DNA of 64,000 nt, from positions 2,151 through 66,150 of the forward strand of contig DAYD01000008.1 of the NCBI GenBank assembly GCA_002506755.1, written 5' to 3'. The notes under the pieces were generated by a model. That model was given only the letters and a program-made list of their open reading frames with translations. It had not been told where the DNA came from and did no database searches. Shown here piece after piece: positions 44,210 through 54,100 of this stretch; the first letter of the stretch is position 1; the number at the start of each line of letters is the position of its first letter. Position numbers and translations under genes: made by a program. This DNA is from Euryarchaeota archaeon UBA462 (GTDB lineage: Archaea; Thermoplasmatota; Poseidoniia; Poseidoniales; Thalassarchaeaceae).

Positions 44210-46246
44210 GTGAAATATGATTTGTGCTTGGCATCCATGGGGATCGTGATGACTGAAGAAGAATGGCCGCCCGATTTAGTATCCTTGACGCCAGGAAAGA
44301 GGGTTTTGTTCCTCACAAAAGATCTCGAGCTGATAAGGAGGCAGTTGTATGAAGGATTGGATCTGATGATGGCGGACCTAGATATTGGTGACCTTCTAGA
44401 TGATATCAACACCGATGTGATGACTCCTGCATGGGTATGCTTCGACCACGAGCCAAGAGTAATTGCTGAAAATGCGTATGCAGGATTAATGCACGAAGGT
44501 AAGAGGGTGTTCGAACCTAAATCGCTTATGGATGGTGGATTCGAAGTGATAGTGTCTGGTCATAGGAAGGGTACCGGATCCAGCAGGGAAACTGCACCTC
44601 AATGCGAGCGATGGTCAGGAATACGGATTGTGATTGCCGCTTCCTTCGCACCGATTCATGAAAGAAACAACCTGAACTTGGGCCAGTTAATGGGGGACCA
44701 CTCAATGCTGGAACGGCTTCAATCTGGTGAGGCTTTGCCTCTATCTGAATTCACCGATAAGTACGATCCTGTGAGTAGGTTGATTCTAGAGAATGGAGGG
44801 ATTCTACCTTTTGCCAAGAGAATGGGAGAGGGCGGAGTAGATTTACCAGAAGTAGATTCCAACAAACGTCCCATGACAATGATTGAAAAACTCATTTCAA
44901 ACAAATTATTGGGAACCAATGGTAAGAGGGGTTTTGTAAAACCTGGAGACGCGGTCCTTGCTCAAGTAGACGGTGGATACTCTCATGAATTCACGACTGC
45001 TCAAGTCCACACATTTCTCTCCGAAGAGTATGGGGATGAGTATACTATTCCTAGCCCCGGGAAATTCGCAGTCTTTGAGGATCACCTTCTCTACGCAACA
45101 GGGGTGCCTAGATTTAGCAGATTTAAGGAAAAAATACAGACTCTGAGAGACTTGCAGAACGGATTTCAAGATCACACCGGGGTTAGGGACTATTCTGCAA
45201 AGGATGGGGTAAGTCCAGGAATCTGCCACCAAGTGGCAAGAGAGGAGTTCATTGATGTTGGAGACTTCATTCAGGCTACAGATTCCCACACTTGTATGGG
45301 CGGGGCTTCTAATGCGCTTGCATATGGGGTTGGATCTACGGAATACGCGAATCTAATTCACAACCAATTCGCATTCGTCAATGTCCCTGAGAGTATTCGC
45401 TTCGAGTTAATTGGCGAACTCGATCCGGGTTGTACGGCAAAAGACGTTATTCTGCATATTCTTTGGCATTATGCGGCTAAATCTGAGACTTTGGACAGAA
45501 GCATGGAATTTGGAGGTACAGGCCTTAGTAGCCTTTCTATGGATGAGAGAGCAACACTTTGCAACATGGCAACAGAATGTAGTGCGAAGACTGGAATATG
45601 TGAACCTGATAACGTGACAGTTGAGTGGCTTTTGCTAAAGCGTGAAGGCTTGGATGAGAATGAGGTCAGAAGGCAATTCGTTTTGCCAGACGAGGGCGCG
45701 GTATATGACGGCGGAGTCCACGAAATAAATCTGGATCTGATCCGTCCTATGGTTGCGCATCCGGGAAACCCAGACAAGGGAATTCCATCCGACCCTACCA
45801 ACGGTGCTTATATCGATGAAATTGGCGATGTTCCCATCGATATTGCATATGCGGGATCATGCACTGCGGGGAAGGACGATGACTTCTCATACTACGCTAT
45901 GGTTTGTGAAGCGGCCTTGGAAGCAGGCCTTACAATTCCCGAGGATGTAGATTGCTATATTCAATTTGGATCCAAGTCAGTGAAAGACCTCTCAAAGCAA
46001 ATGGGGTGGACTGATTCTTTCAAAATGGCCGGTGTAAAGCTAATTGATCCGGGCTGTGGGGCATGTATAGGAGCAGGACCCGGAGTCAGCGATAATTCAG
46101 AGCAGGTGACGGTGTCGGCAATCAATAGGAACTTCCAAGGTAGGTCGGGACCCGGACTTTTGTATCTAGCAAGTCCTCTGACAGTTATGACTAGTGCATT
46201 TACTGGGAAGATTACAGCATGGGATCCGGAAGTCTTCTCACGGTGA
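44210..46246 (+). CDS. Aconitase-superfamily Fe-S hydro-lyase with permuted domain order (swivel/LeuD-like domain N-terminal, catalytic LeuC-like domains C-terminal)
   Basis: The N-terminal part has the swivel-domain motif GHRKGTGSSRETAPQCE. The C-terminal part has the three cluster-ligand contexts ATDSHTCMGG, AYAGSCTAGKDDD and DPGCGACIGAGPG. GTG at 44210; ATGs at 44237/44249 are alternative starts. Confidence 0.75.
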   Translation: MKYDLCLASMGIVMTEEEWPPDLVSLTPGKRVLFLTKDLELIRRQLYEGLDLMMADLDIGDLLDDINTDVMTPAWVCFDHEPRVIAENAYAGLMHEGKRVFEPKSLMDGGFEVIVSGHRKGTGSSRETAPQCERWSGIRIVIAASFAPIHERNNLNLGQLMGDHSMLERLQSGEALPLSEFTDKYDPVSRLILENGGILPFAKRMGEGGVDLPEVDSNKRPMTMIEKLISNKLLGTNGKRGFVKPGDAVLAQVDGGYSHEFTTAQVHTFLSEEYGDEYTIPSPGKFAVFEDHLLYATGVPRFSRFKEKIQTLRDLQNGFQDHTGVRDYSAKDGVSPGICHQVAREEFIDVGDFIQATDSHTCMGGASNALAYGVGSTEYANLIHNQFAFVNVPESIRFELIGELDPGCTAKDVILHILWHYAAKSETLDRSMEFGGTGLSSLSMDERATLCNMATECSAKTGICEPDNVTVEWLLLKREGLDENEVRRQFVLPDEGAVYDGGVHEINLDLIRPMVAHPGNPDKGIPSDPTNGAYIDEIGDVPIDIAYAGSCTAGKDDDFSYYAMVCEAALEAGLTIPEDVDCYIQFGSKSVKDLSKQMGWTDSFKMAGVKLIDPGCGACIGAGPGVSDNSEQVTVSAINRNFQGRSGPGLLYLASPLTVMTSAFTGKITAWDPEVFSR

Positions 46247-46361
46247 GAAATTAGCAATTCTGTTTGTTGCATATCAGCAGAATTCAATAGGCGCCAATCC
46301 CCGCTTTTGGCCTACCATTAGCAGGCCCCGTTCCATAAGGGAAATGGGAGGACCTGATTAG

Positions 46362-48458
46362 GTGATTTGTATGAGTGAAGCAGAAGAGATTTCGAGAAAA
46401 CAAAAACAGGTATCAATAAGCGAGTTCTTTGAAAAAAATAAGCACTTCCTTGGGTTTGATACGCTTCAGCGATCTATAATTACAGCCGTCAAAGAGTCTG
46501 TTGACAACTCTCTTGATGCTTGTGAAGAGGCTAGAATTTTGCCCGATATCAGAGTTGAAATTCAGAGAACACAAAACGATGAGCTGAAGTTGATTACCCA
46601 AGATAATGGCCCCGGGATACCTAGAGATGCGATAGAAAACGTCTTTGGAAAGTTTCTCCTTGGTTCAAGATTCCACGCTATAAGGCAGACAAGGGGGCAA
46701 CAGGGTATTGGAATAACCGGAGTTGTGATGTATAGCCAGCTTACTACCGGCTCAAAGACAAATGTAGTTTCAAAAATAAAGAAGGACTCCTCTGCAGTCA
46801 TCGTCGAGTTAGGCATTGACACAAAAAAGAACAAGGCGATAAAAACAGGAGAAAGGAGGGAGGCTTGGATTGATGGCTTAACCTCGGAAGAAGTTGTACA
46901 GGGATTAAGAATTGAGACCGTAATGAAGGCCAAGTACCAGAGAGGGAAGAAGTCCGTCTATCAATACCTAAGGATGACCTCGATAGTCAATCCACACGCA
47001 ACAATTTCCCTTGTAGTATCCGATAAGAATGGAGATGTGATCGAGCAGGGAAAATGGATTAGGACGACAAACAAACTTCCCAGAGTGGTCAGAGAAATCA
47101 GGCCTCACCCCAAGGGGGTTCACCTAGGGACACTACAAAGATTGCTTAGAGATGCAGAAGAAAGGAGGATGACTTCATTTCTTCAAAAAAACTTCTCATC
47201 AGTACCCCCCTCTGCATCAAAGAGGATACTTGGTGCTGCACAAATTGAAGAAAGTAGAACCCCAAAGAGGATTAGAGCCGAAGAGTCCCAGCAGCTCGTC
47301 AAGGCATTCCAAACAGTACCTCTCAGGGACCCACCCACAGATTGCCTTTCCCCAATCGAGGACCTGTTAATAAAAAAGGGGCTTTCAAAGGCTATTGATT
47401 CTAGGTTCGCCTCAACGGTAACAAGAAAGCCAAGGGCGACACAAGGGAATCCTTTCCAAATTGAGGTCGGCCTGGTATTTGGTGGAGATTTACAAACCGA
47501 TGGTCCGATAGAAATTCTAAGATTCGCCAATAGAGTCCCACTGATGTATCAGCAAGGTGGTTGTCTACTTACGAAAGCCTTGGAATCAGTCAATTGGAAG
47601 AGCTACGGACTGGATCAACCAGGTGGAAATGGGATTCCAAAAGGTCCAGCAGCTATCCTGATCCATCTTGCTTCGACAAACGTACAATTTACCAGCGAGG
47701 CAAAGGAGGCGGTTTCTTACGATGAAGAGGTATTTGATGAAATACGCAAAGCTATGCTCGAGGTGGGTAGAGGTTTGAAGAACCACCTTAAGAAAAGCTC
47801 TCAAAGGAAGAAGGCCAAGGAAAAGTTTGAGCTAGTGAACATAATCCTACCAGAGATTTCGAAAAAATCTTCCGAGCTTCTTGATAGGGAGGAGCCGGAT
47901 TTATCTCCTGTAATAACTCAGATTATGAATGCAGTTTTCCTTGAAGAGGAGCTTTATTGGGACAAAAAGGAGAGGTTAGCAATGTGTTGCATCACTGTTC
48001 ACAATTACACTGCTAGGGCCAGAGCATACACTATTCTAGCAAAATGGCCAGAGGGCCCGGACACATCAATGTCATTCAACCCTACAGGAGGGAGAAAGGA
48101 AGCTGGGGGGCTTTGGGCTTGGAGATTAGATACTCTGAACCCTGGATCATCAACGGTCTTAGAATTTGGAATCTCAGGTCTTAGCAAGGGAGATTGGAAC
48201 GAAACTGATGTTTTCTTCAGGGGGAACGGAGAGATTATCGGTGCGACAAAGATGGATGAAAAGCTATTGGATGAACAGAGGAAAACAGAAGCTTTGGAGG
48301 CCGCAATGGAAGAAGTTCGCATCAGAGAGGAGGCGAGCGGTGTTGGGAATCTGATCTCTGACTCAGAGGAGGGTTCCAAAACCTCATTGGATCGATCTGA
48401 AGAGAGTCTTCCCACAACCGGTTCTGAGTGGTTTGGATTGGCTGGTGATAATCAATGA
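46362..48458 (+). CDS. top6B: DNA topoisomerase VI subunit B
   Basis: Bergerat-fold boxes ESVDNSLDACEEA, QDNGPGIP and RGQQGIGITG. SISEFFEKNKHFLGFD at the N-terminus. GTG at 46362 or ATG at 46371. It overlaps top6A by 4 nt. Confidence 0.95.
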   Translation: MICMSEAEEISRKQKQVSISEFFEKNKHFLGFDTLQRSIITAVKESVDNSLDACEEARILPDIRVEIQRTQNDELKLITQDNGPGIPRDAIENVFGKFLLGSRFHAIRQTRGQQGIGITGVVMYSQLTTGSKTNVVSKIKKDSSAVIVELGIDTKKNKAIKTGERREAWIDGLTSEEVVQGLRIETVMKAKYQRGKKSVYQYLRMTSIVNPHATISLVVSDKNGDVIEQGKWIRTTNKLPRVVREIRPHPKGVHLGTLQRLLRDAEERRMTSFLQKNFSSVPPSASKRILGAAQIEESRTPKRIRAEESQQLVKAFQTVPLRDPPTDCLSPIEDLLIKKGLSKAIDSRFASTVTRKPRATQGNPFQIEVGLVFGGDLQTDGPIEILRFANRVPLMYQQGGCLLTKALESVNWKSYGLDQPGGNGIPKGPAAILIHLASTNVQFTSEAKEAVSYDEEVFDEIRKAMLEVGRGLKNHLKKSSQRKKAKEKFELVNIILPEISKKSSELLDREEPDLSPVITQIMNAVFLEEELYWDKKERLAMCCITVHNYTARARAYTILAKWPEGPDTSMSFNPTGGRKEAGGLWAWRLDTLNPGSSTVLEFGISGLSKGDWNETDVFFRGNGEIIGATKMDEKLLDEQRKTEALEAAMEEVRIREEASGVGNLISDSEEGSKTSLDRSEESLPTTGSEWFGLAGDNQ

Positions 48459-49564
48459 GTGACGAGGCCCCTAGGAGAAGCAAAGACCAAGTCATAGATG
48501 AGTTGCATAATGTTGCTGCAGAAATGCACGATAGAATGCAAAAAGGGAGTCCGCCAAGGATGACTCTCCCAGTCAGGTCCAAGAGCAACATCTCGTTCGA
48601 TAATAGACTTGGAGTTTTCAAGTATGGAAAGAGTAAGACAATCAGAGATGCAACAAGTCTTGGATCAGCGAGACAGCTTCTTAGAACTCTTCACATTACT
48701 GAATTCATAGAGGAGATGATTGATTCGGGTAAATCTTCTACTCTCAGGGAGATGTACTACATTTCGGAAGGGTGGGGTCATGGTAAATTCGGGTCTCAAA
48801 ACGAGAGCAACAATCTCGCCGAGGACCTTGAGATAGTCACAAAGTGTCTTAGAGAGGATTTCAAATTGAGGCCAGAAGAGGATGGAGCCAGAATAATTGG
48901 CAATATAACCCTCGAAGAGAGAAATCGTAGAGGGGAGTGGATGAGAATCAATTGTAGGGATGACGTAGGTGACTCCGGGTACGGTGTTCCGTATAATGTT
49001 GAAAGCGAGAAGCTGAAACTAGTGGATGAGGATATCGACTTCGTAATGGCGATTGAGACCGGGGGAATGTTCGATAGATTGGTAGAGAATGGATTCGACG
49101 AAGAGTCCAGATGTGCTCTTATCCATCTTAAGGGCCAACCGGCCAGATCTACAAGAAGAATCATGAAGAGAATGAGTGATGAGTGGAAGAAGCCAATAGT
49201 TGTGTTCGCAGATTGCGATCCTTGGTCGTTTAGAATTTTTGCCAGCATTGCCTATGGGGCGATCAAGACAGCGCATATCTCGGAATACCTAGCTACGAAG
49301 GAGGCCTCATATCTTGGCATAACTGCGGATGATATTCTTGCATACGATCTTCCAAGTGATGATCTCACCAAACAAGACGTGAATGCTCTGACTGCGGAAT
49401 TAAGCGATCCACGATTTTCTACTGGTTGGTGGCAGGAGCAAATTGGGCTGATGCAGGAGATAGGAAAGAAGGCTGAGCAGCAGTCGCTGGCAAAGTACGG
49501 ACTTGACTTCGTGACAGATACTTATCTCCCTGAAAAGCTCGCATCTATGGGGATAACCTACTGA
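48455..49564 (+). CDS. top6A: DNA topoisomerase VI subunit A (Spo11 family)
   Basis: Catalytic Tyr context [13 protein letters not shown]. Toprim [12 protein letters not shown] and [12 protein letters not shown]. Confidence 0.95.
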   Translation: MSDEAPRRSKDQVIDELHNVAAEMHDRMQKGSPPRMTLPVRSKSNISFDNRLGVFKYGKSKTIRDATSLGSARQLLRTLHITEFIEEMIDSGKSSTLREMYYISEGWGHGKFGSQNESNNLAEDLEIVTKCLREDFKLRPEEDGARIIGNITLEERNRRGEWMRINCRDDVGDSGYGVPYNVESEKLKLVDEDIDFVMAIETGGMFDRLVENGFDEESRCALIHLKGQPARSTRRIMKRMSDEWKKPIVVFADCDPWSFRIFASIAYGAIKTAHISEYLATKEASYLGITADDILAYDLPSDDLTKQDVNALTAELSDPRFSTGWWQEQIGLMQEIGKKAEQQSLAKYGLDFVTDTYLPEKLASMGITY

Positions 49565-49599
49565 CAAAAACTGATACATGACTCCATAGACGAAATATC

Positions 49600-50343
49600 G
49601 TGACAGACAGCAGAAGGCGATGGGCTAGAATTCTATCGGGAGCCTCGATAGTCCTTCTTTTGGTAGCGGCTTTTTCCCTCTGGCAGGTGATGGATGACTA
49701 TATCGATACATACGACCCAGAAAGCAGCTATTTGGTAAAACTGGGACCTGGGGGGTCTGAGACATTCGAAATCAAGAGTTCGCAGATTTCCTGCCTGAGA
49801 GTCTCAGACGGAGAGTCCGTCGAATCTGATCTAATCTTGGTTGATGAAAGCGGGAGTGAAATCATTGGGAGGTCACCTACGATTTTCGATCCGGACCGCT
49901 TCAGTCCAGATCAATCAATAACATACTCCACTGTAAGAGTCTTTACAGATGTAAGTGGGACCTATACTCTTGAAAATAGAGGAGGATCTGACCTTTGGCT
50001 TGTTGACGATGAAGCGGCGGCAAACAAAATGGATACCCCGCTAATTTTGGTGTTCTACATGGGATGTTGTGTAGGATTGCCAATGAGTGTAATTGCACTA
50101 GTTCTAGCAATCATGAATTGGATTGATAAGAGGAAAAGTCCGGACCAGTTTTTCGTAACCGAAGAGGGCAGCGTGATTGTAACAAGATCTGGCGAGGTAG
50201 TTCAGCTGGAGTCAGAATTGTCAGAGTCAACCGAACCAGATTTAACTATCGAAAGTGAACAAAAATTTCAGACAGAGAGCGATGGAAAAAATGAGTCTCC
50301 TCAAGCTGAACCTGAAGATTGGGAGTGGTGGGATGAAGGTTGA
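49600..50343 (+). CDS. Hypothetical membrane protein (two TM helices flanking a ~125-aa extracytoplasmic domain, acidic tail)
   Basis: GTG start. Helices ILSGASIVLLLVAAFSLW and LILVFYMGCCVGLPMSVIALVLAIM. The tail ends ...PEDWEWWDEG. Confidence 0.6.
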   Translation: MTDSRRRWARILSGASIVLLLVAAFSLWQVMDDYIDTYDPESSYLVKLGPGGSETFEIKSSQISCLRVSDGESVESDLILVDESGSEIIGRSPTIFDPDRFSPDQSITYSTVRVFTDVSGTYTLENRGGSDLWLVDDEAAANKMDTPLILVFYMGCCVGLPMSVIALVLAIMNWIDKRKSPDQFFVTEEGSVIVTRSGEVVQLESELSESTEPDLTIESEQKFQTESDGKNESPQAEPEDWEWWDEG

Positions 50344-50411
50344 TTCAATTGATCTAAGAGTCAATTTCTCAGATTGGGTTTTTAGAGGAGGGATGACTAC
50401 CCAACTTTGGG

Positions 50412-51158
50412 TTGGTAAGTGTGGTAGGCTTTGATGAGTCATTAAGCATACTTGAAAATGCGACTAGGAGAGAGATTCTAAGGTACTTGGTGAAGGAGCC
50501 ACATTACCCTCTTCAGTTATCTGAGCTACTAGATGTGAGTCAACAGGCCGTTGTTAAGCATCTGAAGGTCCTTGAGGATGCTGGGTTCGTAGATTCAGTG
50601 TCAAAGAAATCAGACAAGGGAGGTCCTCCAAGGAAGGTCTATTCGGTTAATCAGTCGTTTTCGATCCGTCTTGACCTTGGTCCTGATCTGTTTAGAGCAG
50701 AGCATAGGAAGATGCCCAAAGGAGGGTTTTCTAAGCTTTCGAGTACCCTTCCCAGAAATCTTTCAGGAGTAGTGGACAAGCTAGACAACAAGAGAAGAAT
50801 TCCTATGGTTGACGCCATGGAGATTCTTTCCGAGCTCGATAGTGCTCTGGAAAGGGTGGACAGTCAGAGAGATGCAATAATTGCTCTTCATCAACAAGTA
50901 ATGCACAGGGTCTCTCCAAGTGTGGATGAGGGTTTCGAAACCTACGAAGAGAGACAATTGGCTCATGAAATGATGAGTCATCCGCGGAGACCATTAGATC
51001 TGGATGCCTTCTCTAGCGGATTGAGGATACAATCCATCCATGCCGAGAAGATGATGGATACACTTAGAGAGCGTTTGATGAAGGATTTTGCAACCAGAAG
51101 TGGGGTTTTCGTATCAGGGAGTGAAGATTCTCCAATTCCTTGGTGGATGGCAAAGTGA
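50412..51158 (+). CDS. ArsR-type winged-helix transcription regulator with a long helical C-terminal extension
   Basis: LENATRREILRYLVKEPHYPLQLSELLDVSQQAVVKHLKVLEDAGFV is a typical ArsR/SmtB HTH. TTG start. Confidence 0.7.
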   Translation: MVSVVGFDESLSILENATRREILRYLVKEPHYPLQLSELLDVSQQAVVKHLKVLEDAGFVDSVSKKSDKGGPPRKVYSVNQSFSIRLDLGPDLFRAEHRKMPKGGFSKLSSTLPRNLSGVVDKLDNKRRIPMVDAMEILSELDSALERVDSQRDAIIALHQQVMHRVSPSVDEGFETYEERQLAHEMMSHPRRPLDLDAFSSGLRIQSIHAEKMMDTLRERLMKDFATRSGVFVSGSEDSPIPWWMAK

Positions 51159-51164
51159 GACTCG

Positions 51165-54100
51165 TCAGAATACCATGTCATCGTCGTCTGATCCAGGAAG
51201 CAGGCTGCTAAGCTCAGAAAATCTAGCTATAGCTTCAATCCTCCTTCCCCATATCACATAGCCTGCCACTCCAATTAAAGAAAAAGTCGCACCCATGATA
51301 ATCACGGGAACTGAATACTTGACGACGACTTCCCTGCCCACATCCAGAGCCCCTAGTGGAGAGCTCATCGTGCCAGCGCTCTCTATGTTGTTGTTCTCAT
51401 TAGTCTCAACAATGTTATTATCTGGATCTACAACTACTACAATTTCATGATTCCCAGCTTGCACCATATACAACAAGGTGATTGGATCTTGTTGTTCTGT
51501 CTCACTTTGACCAATTGGCATAATAGCTGCAACAATCTGCCTGTAAACGATGTTGTTCTCCTTGCATCCGTTCCTCTTGATGTCTGATTCAGACTGGTCT
51601 TTGCAGAGGATAATATTCACATCAGACGCATGAGCATTTCCTCTGTTAGTCACCTCGACAATTACTGAAATCATCTCCCCTATCGATGCTTCTCGCTGAT
51701 TAACGGTTACCTTCTCCAGAACTAGGTCCGGTGCCCTGAGCCGCATTTCCAAAACCTGCTCGTTTGTATCGCAATCAGGGGGGAGATTGTCGGGAATACC
51801 GTCGGAGTTGTCGTCGAGGGTGCAAGAGTCTGTCCAAATCTTAGTCTCATCATGATCACCCCCCTCTTCCGAGGACCCATGCATGGATAGGACCTTTATT
51901 CCGATATTTCTATCTGTCAGCGAAGCATCGGGTGCCACTGTGACAATCACTACTAGCTGAAGCGTTGTATAAGGTTCCATCAAAGGAAGAGTGACTGTGT
52001 TCCCTGCGGTTAAGAAGCAATAGTCTGGTTCATTACCCTGAGCTTGTTGCTGAGTAATCTGCACCTCTTCCTCGACAGTCAATTCAACACAAGGATTCTC
52101 AATCGGGAATTCTGTTCTGAACCCCTCAAGAAGGGCATAATCTACTTCCCAAGTGCTTAGAGCGCCCATTCCAGGACTAGCGAGCCAAACCTCGTTTACA
52201 TCATCATAAGTATGGTTGTGAATTGTAGGTTGGTCCGCAACGTTTCCGTAATTTGTGACATTTAGTGTGTATCTTACAATCCTACTCGGTGCTGTGGTTT
52301 TTATCTTGCTTTCAACTGATGGATCCAAGGATATTCTCATGTCATGAAATTCAATGATAGTAGCACGCAGTACAATCTGATCTTGAAGCCGAGTGTCTTC
52401 GAAAGGCTCCTCACTTAGTACATTGAATGTGATAGTGTATTCCCCAGCTAAGGTTTTCTCGGGAACGTTGACGTAGATCGGAACGACCTGGGATTCGTCT
52501 CTATCTAATTCCTCAAATAAGATTCTGGGGATGTTCATATCCCAGACGTGGAAACCCCCTGCATCGTCAACAATGGAAGCGATTGTTATGTCGAATCTAT
52601 CCGGACCGTTTCCTTTGTTTGAGATCATGGTATCCATTTGATAGGATTGTCCCGGATATAATTCCAATATGGTCTCTGGAACTTCGGATTCCAATTCATA
52701 CCTCTGAACCACATTTGTCAAAATGAGTACTGAGTCACGTACCTTTGGAGCACCATCTAAGTGCGCCCTTACAGTCATCGATTCTCCAATTCCTGCAGTC
52801 GCGTTGAAAGGCGCACACATCTCTGCCGTGACTGTGTAACTGTTTTCTATTTGGGCCCAATAAATGTCCTGATCTGCTGATGAAGATCCACCAGGCCATT
52901 CAGAGAAATCCAGGTCAACTGTCCAATGATCAAATCTCCATGAATTAATGTCCGCACCTGATGGTCTCTCCTCGGGGGCCCCAGGGGTCGAGAAAACTAG
53001 ATATCCGGGAGTAAAATATTTGTCCACTTGGATAGGGAATCTGGCACACTCACCTGGCAAAACGTAGAGCTTTGTATCACCTACTCCAAAGACAATGTTC
53101 CCAGTTGTCCTGATAGACACATTGATCCATAACTCAAGAACATCAAATGTTCCTCTATCTATCGAAAGAACGGGTTCTCCTGTCGACCAACCCTTCAGGT
53201 AAATAGCGAAAGTTCCGGGATCTTGAGATTCTGGAACGCTTACCTTTAGATTCCGCGTCACCGATTGTCCGGGATCCAAAGATATCGAAAATGGGAACTC
53301 TACCCCCCAACCAAAGGGAAGTGCCCACTCATTCTGGCCCTCCAAGGTAGTGGGATCGTAGAATGCGAATGTGTCGTAGACGTTGCCTGTGTTCTTTATC
53401 GAAATTGAGAAGACTGCAGATTTCCCCTGCTCTACGTCGACTTGGAAATGACTAGTGTCTAATTCGATCCCATGGACTACATCCATCAAAGTCAGAAGGG
53501 TAAGCTTACTCCTGATAGCCGGATCCTTAGATGAGGTTGCGATAATGCTGATTTGGGCTAGTTCGTCTTGTTTAGCTTGATAGATGGTTGGAGCTCTCAC
53601 CCTAAGGTATAGTGGATCTATGCTACCCCCCTCTAAGAATATCTTGGTGGAGTCGAAGATTGGAGTATTGTTGGTCATGTAGAATAGTGTAGCTGTCCAG
53701 TTGTTTGGAACTCCCTCCATTGTGACAGTAAATGTGTCCTTCACTAGTTCGGCTGGACCGGGAGTTGGGTTCGCAATTGAGATGTTGAAAGTAGTAAGCT
53801 CTCCTGGTTGAATAGTATGGTAGAAGGTTTCAGCTTCTGCAGGACATTCGTAAGGATACCCTTCAATATTGGTATTAGCGCTTATTTTGTTGTCACACGC
53901 CAAGGAAAGATCTACCAGACCAGTAAGAACGTGGACATAACAGAGAGTCCATTTGCTTGCGCTGGGGGAATCCGGATCACATCGCTTGTCTGACCAAGCC
54001 AAATGGGCTCCACTACCAAGATCATTCGCAAAGGCCGGAGGCATTCCCCTATCTAGGTTGAAATCCGGGTATAGATGCTCCCCATCAGCGGTATTGCATT

